A DNA stretch of 22,369 nucleotides from Oopsacas minuta (lineage: Eukaryota; Animalia; Porifera): the NCBI GenBank assembly GCA_024704765.1, contig JAKMXF010000049.1, positions 13,882 to 36,250 of the forward strand, read 5' to 3'. The position numbers and the translations under genes are program-made. Shown here one piece after another: positions 19,923-22,369 of the stretch. Every line of letters begins with the position of its first letter. Position 1 is the first letter of the stretch. Under the pieces are notes generated by a model. The model worked only from the letters and a program-made list of their open reading frames with translations. It had not been told where the DNA came from and ran no database searches.

Positions 19923-20902
19923 GACGAATTATAGGATATACTACTATGATATTCTATCTTTACTTATGCTCATTACTTCGTCTTTTGTTATTTGACTTAT
20001 TATTAAATTTACCAGAATGTATATACACAGCACTTTAAATCAGTAGAAAACATGTATCTATATCACAAAGTACCGAAATTGTAATATTCTTCATGTAGTC
20101 ATTTGTCCGTATCCCATGAAATAATACAGTTTTGATTCTCCTAACGGTTACTAGGTTATGAAGGAACCTACCATATATGGTCAATCTCGAAAAATGACGC
20201 AATAACTTAGTAACAGTAGATTTAGGAATCAAAACTGTATTATTCATGAATAGGAAGTCGCCTATTGCTATCAAATGTACAGCTCTATCATCAATATCTC
20301 TTCAGTTATGGCTAGAATCTGTAAAAATACATTTGCATAGCAACAGAGGAATATGCCAAAATTCATCAAAATTTCATCAAAATTTCATCATCATTTCATC
20401 TATTTGTTGGAAACACTTAAAAGTCACTATAATTCCATGCTGCAAGGATGGGAGATCCATCTGTTATATAAACATGGTCAAAACAGGCTCGAAATATGGC
20501 CAAAATAGTCCAAAAAAGGGTATTACACAATCAAATGATGACAAATCATAAATTTGAGAAGCTATATTCATGCTTGGATATCTTATATACATGTGTTAGT
20601 AATAGCTTAATAGTGAATAACTTGCACAGTTGCTGTGCTAGGCACCTCAATGATGTAACACAGTCATCATCCATGGTTTAAAAGGAAATTGCGCCAGTTA
20701 TGAGTCAGTTATAAAGAAATTCCCAATATTAAGAAATCGTCCTTGTATTCTTGTAGTCCTTGGTAGTACTATAATTAGTCTAATTTTTCTAGTAAACCAT
20801 TATCATTGCATGACTATAATTTGACAATTACAATATATAAATTTCTTGACCAGCTTTAGGTGATCAAATTTAAATTAGTTTGGGGGCCTGTAGTGCCGAA
20901 GA

Positions 20903-21536
20903 CAGTGGCGGATCCAGAAATTGCTGGTGAGGTGGGGGGGTAATCATCCAGTTGGGGTATGGAGGGCGTTGTAGCACCCTATTGGGTTCCAGGGACGAAG
21001 CCTCTGGACGATAAGCCCTATTCGCTACAAAATTCGTTGCCATTCTACTGTCAGGTAACTTCGAATCTCGAAATTATTTCTCTTAACGGCGTAACAGACA
21101 TTTGGCATGGAATGATTTCGATTGACTATGTAAGTGTATTATCTCATTGTGTATATGAATATGTTATATAATTTGTATTACTTGTATACATTTGCACATG
21201 CACAAGGTAATTTTCAAATAAATTATCAACTTATAAATTTTGTTTCAACTTGGACAAACTTTCATGAGCATATCAAGTGTCGTCTTGCTAATAATACTTA
21301 TACAGACCCACAGTTACAGTTCAAGCCACTTTCATCCTTAGAATACAATATCTGAAATTATGGTAATATAGTATGATCTTCAGGGAAGATACGAGCGAAG
21401 CGAGCCGAAATTTACGGTTTAGAATTTGGCCAAATAATAATTCTATATATTGGCATGAATTTCCAATTCCACTATGATTTCATATCATGTAAATTACTCT
21501 TGGTGGGGGGATATATCCCCCTTAGATCCGCCACTG
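20903..21536. mobile_element. 634-bp CAG-ended MITE (hAT-like)
   Basis: 12-bp perfect TIR CAGTGGCGGATC / GATCCGCCACTG; flanks GCCGAAGA and GCCAAGTA (5/8, possibly a decayed TSD). Confidence 0.8.
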
Positions 21537-21720
21537 GCCAAGTATACCAATCTCGCAACGACAAAAGCACTATAAAACATAAAGCTTTTTCTACATAGTT
21601 ATTGATCAGTCCTGATGCAGAACGGCCCAGCAACCGAAGTGAGCTAGTTGTCAAATAATGAAGCTGGGTGGAGTTCCTACAAAGGCTGAGAGAAGAGCGT
21701 AACCTAATTATTATATAGAG

Positions 21721-21770
21721 CAGGGGTTCTGAACCGGGGGGATATTTCCCCCTGGGGAAAATTTCTGCAA
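21721..21770 (+). mobile_element. Orphan left end of a CAGGGG-type MITE
   Basis: CAGGGGTTCTGAACCGGGGGGATATTTCCCCCTGGGG; no partner end in the window. Confidence 0.35.
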
Positions 21771-21929
21771 TTCTGGGAGGAAAAGTGAGGATCTAGGAAG
21801 CTAAAATATTTCTCAGAAAAATTAGACTATACCGTAAAATGTAAATTCTTCCAAGATTTGAAATCTTGATGGATAGAAAACAATGCTAACTTGAATAATA
21901 CTAACCTAAAAATGTAAATGAATGTGGAA

Positions 21930-22369
21930 CACAGTGGCTTAAAATGGGAGTTTGTAAAGAATGGGTATTTTCATTTGAAATAGACAAATATAATGTATTA
22001 TCAGCATATAGGTTATCATATGCTAGGAATCATTTGGTGCATTCAAAATTTTTATAAGGTTTCTATATGTATCATATTCTGACGTCATAGCTTTATGCTG
22101 AATTTTGTTTTTCTTTAATATCTGATTGAAGAACAATGTTAGCCCTATAAATTGTATAATTTGGGTATAGTATATCATATCCACGGAAGCAATTACACTG
22201 TTAGAATTTCAAAATTACTCATAATTTTTATAAAATGATGTCATACACAATTTTTTCATAATTTTTGGTTTTGTGTTCATACTTCTAAATGCGTTTTTAG
22301 AATTTATTCATATCTTTTTTGCTAATATATATATCAATTCTAACAATTTCTGGATAAAAACAATAAGCA
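21930..22369 (-). mobile_element. RAG1-like/Transib element, copy B (3' end; runs off the window)
   Basis: CACAGTG gcttaaaatgggagttt GTAAAGAAT at 21930-21962; colinear similarity to 11452 onward (ATAGGTTATC.TAT at 22008 and 11537); first 12 bp identical to the copy A end. Confidence 0.75.

Larger units (their letters stand above)
18208..20115 (+). mobile_element. MULE (Mutator-like) transposon with TIRs and 9-bp TSD
   Basis: 24-bp perfect TIRs GGGATACGGACAAATGACTACATG / CATGTAGTCATTTGTCCGTATCCC; flanks ATGAATAAT (18199-18207) and ATGAAATAAT (20116-20125); decayed ~16-bp GGACAAATGACTACAT repeats at the left end. Confidence 0.93.
17751..20724. repeat. ~1.05-kb foldback element (arms ~500 bp) interrupted by the MULE at 18208-20115
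   Basis: Colinear inverted matches: ATAACTGACTCATAA/TTATGAGTCAGTTAT, AACTGTGCAAGTTATTCACTAT/ATAGTGAATAACTTGCACAGTT, GCATGGAATTATAGTG/CACTATAATTCCATGC, TAAGTGTTTCCAACAAATAGATGAA/TTCATCTATTTGTTGGAAACACTTA, ATAATACAGTTTTGATTC/GAATCAAAACTGTATTAT. The loop lies near 20160-20200. Confidence 0.9.

Noticed and set aside
20035-21654. Short ORFs in the foldback and MITE regions (for example 20246-20551, 20959-21171), and similar 60-80 aa ORFs at 9983-11988
   Set aside because: They show no recognisable domains and lie wholly within non-coding repeats.
3959-21962. True V(D)J recombination signals or an antigen-receptor locus
   Set aside because: There is no ACAAAAACC nonamer at 12 or 23 bp and no V/J segments; the heptamers sit at transposon termini.
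11630-22090. TGACGTCA (CRE-like) motifs near 11624, 16975 and 22080 as regulatory sites
   Set aside because: They lie within repeat-derived or unassigned intergenic sequence, far from any supported promoter.

Overview
AT-rich eukaryotic DNA, most likely a compact invertebrate genome (a sponge-like lineage is my low-confidence guess). One long intact gene: an intronless 1518-aa Dicer-family protein on the minus strand (4438-8994; helicase fold, DUF283, platform, PAZ, RNase IIIa, RNase IIIb). Its RNase IIIa catalytic tetrad is intact, but RNase IIIb has lost both catalytic glutamates, all helicase ATPase motifs are degenerate, and there is no C-terminal dsRBD. Almost everything else is decayed DNA transposons. 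These include three pieces of a RAG1-like/Transib family whose ends carry the exact RSS heptamer CACAGTG plus a shared 9-mer at 8- or 17-bp spacing, a Ginger2/KRBA2-type integrase, a ZMYM1-type hAT remnant, two FLYWCH-type MULE transposases (one with TIRs and a 9-bp TSD inside a ~1-kb foldback, one followed by a RING finger), and many MITEs. Three single Ns (1485, 12410, 19436) behave as assembly gaps, so adjacency across them is uncertain. All family calls come from motifs recognised by eye; no database search was run.
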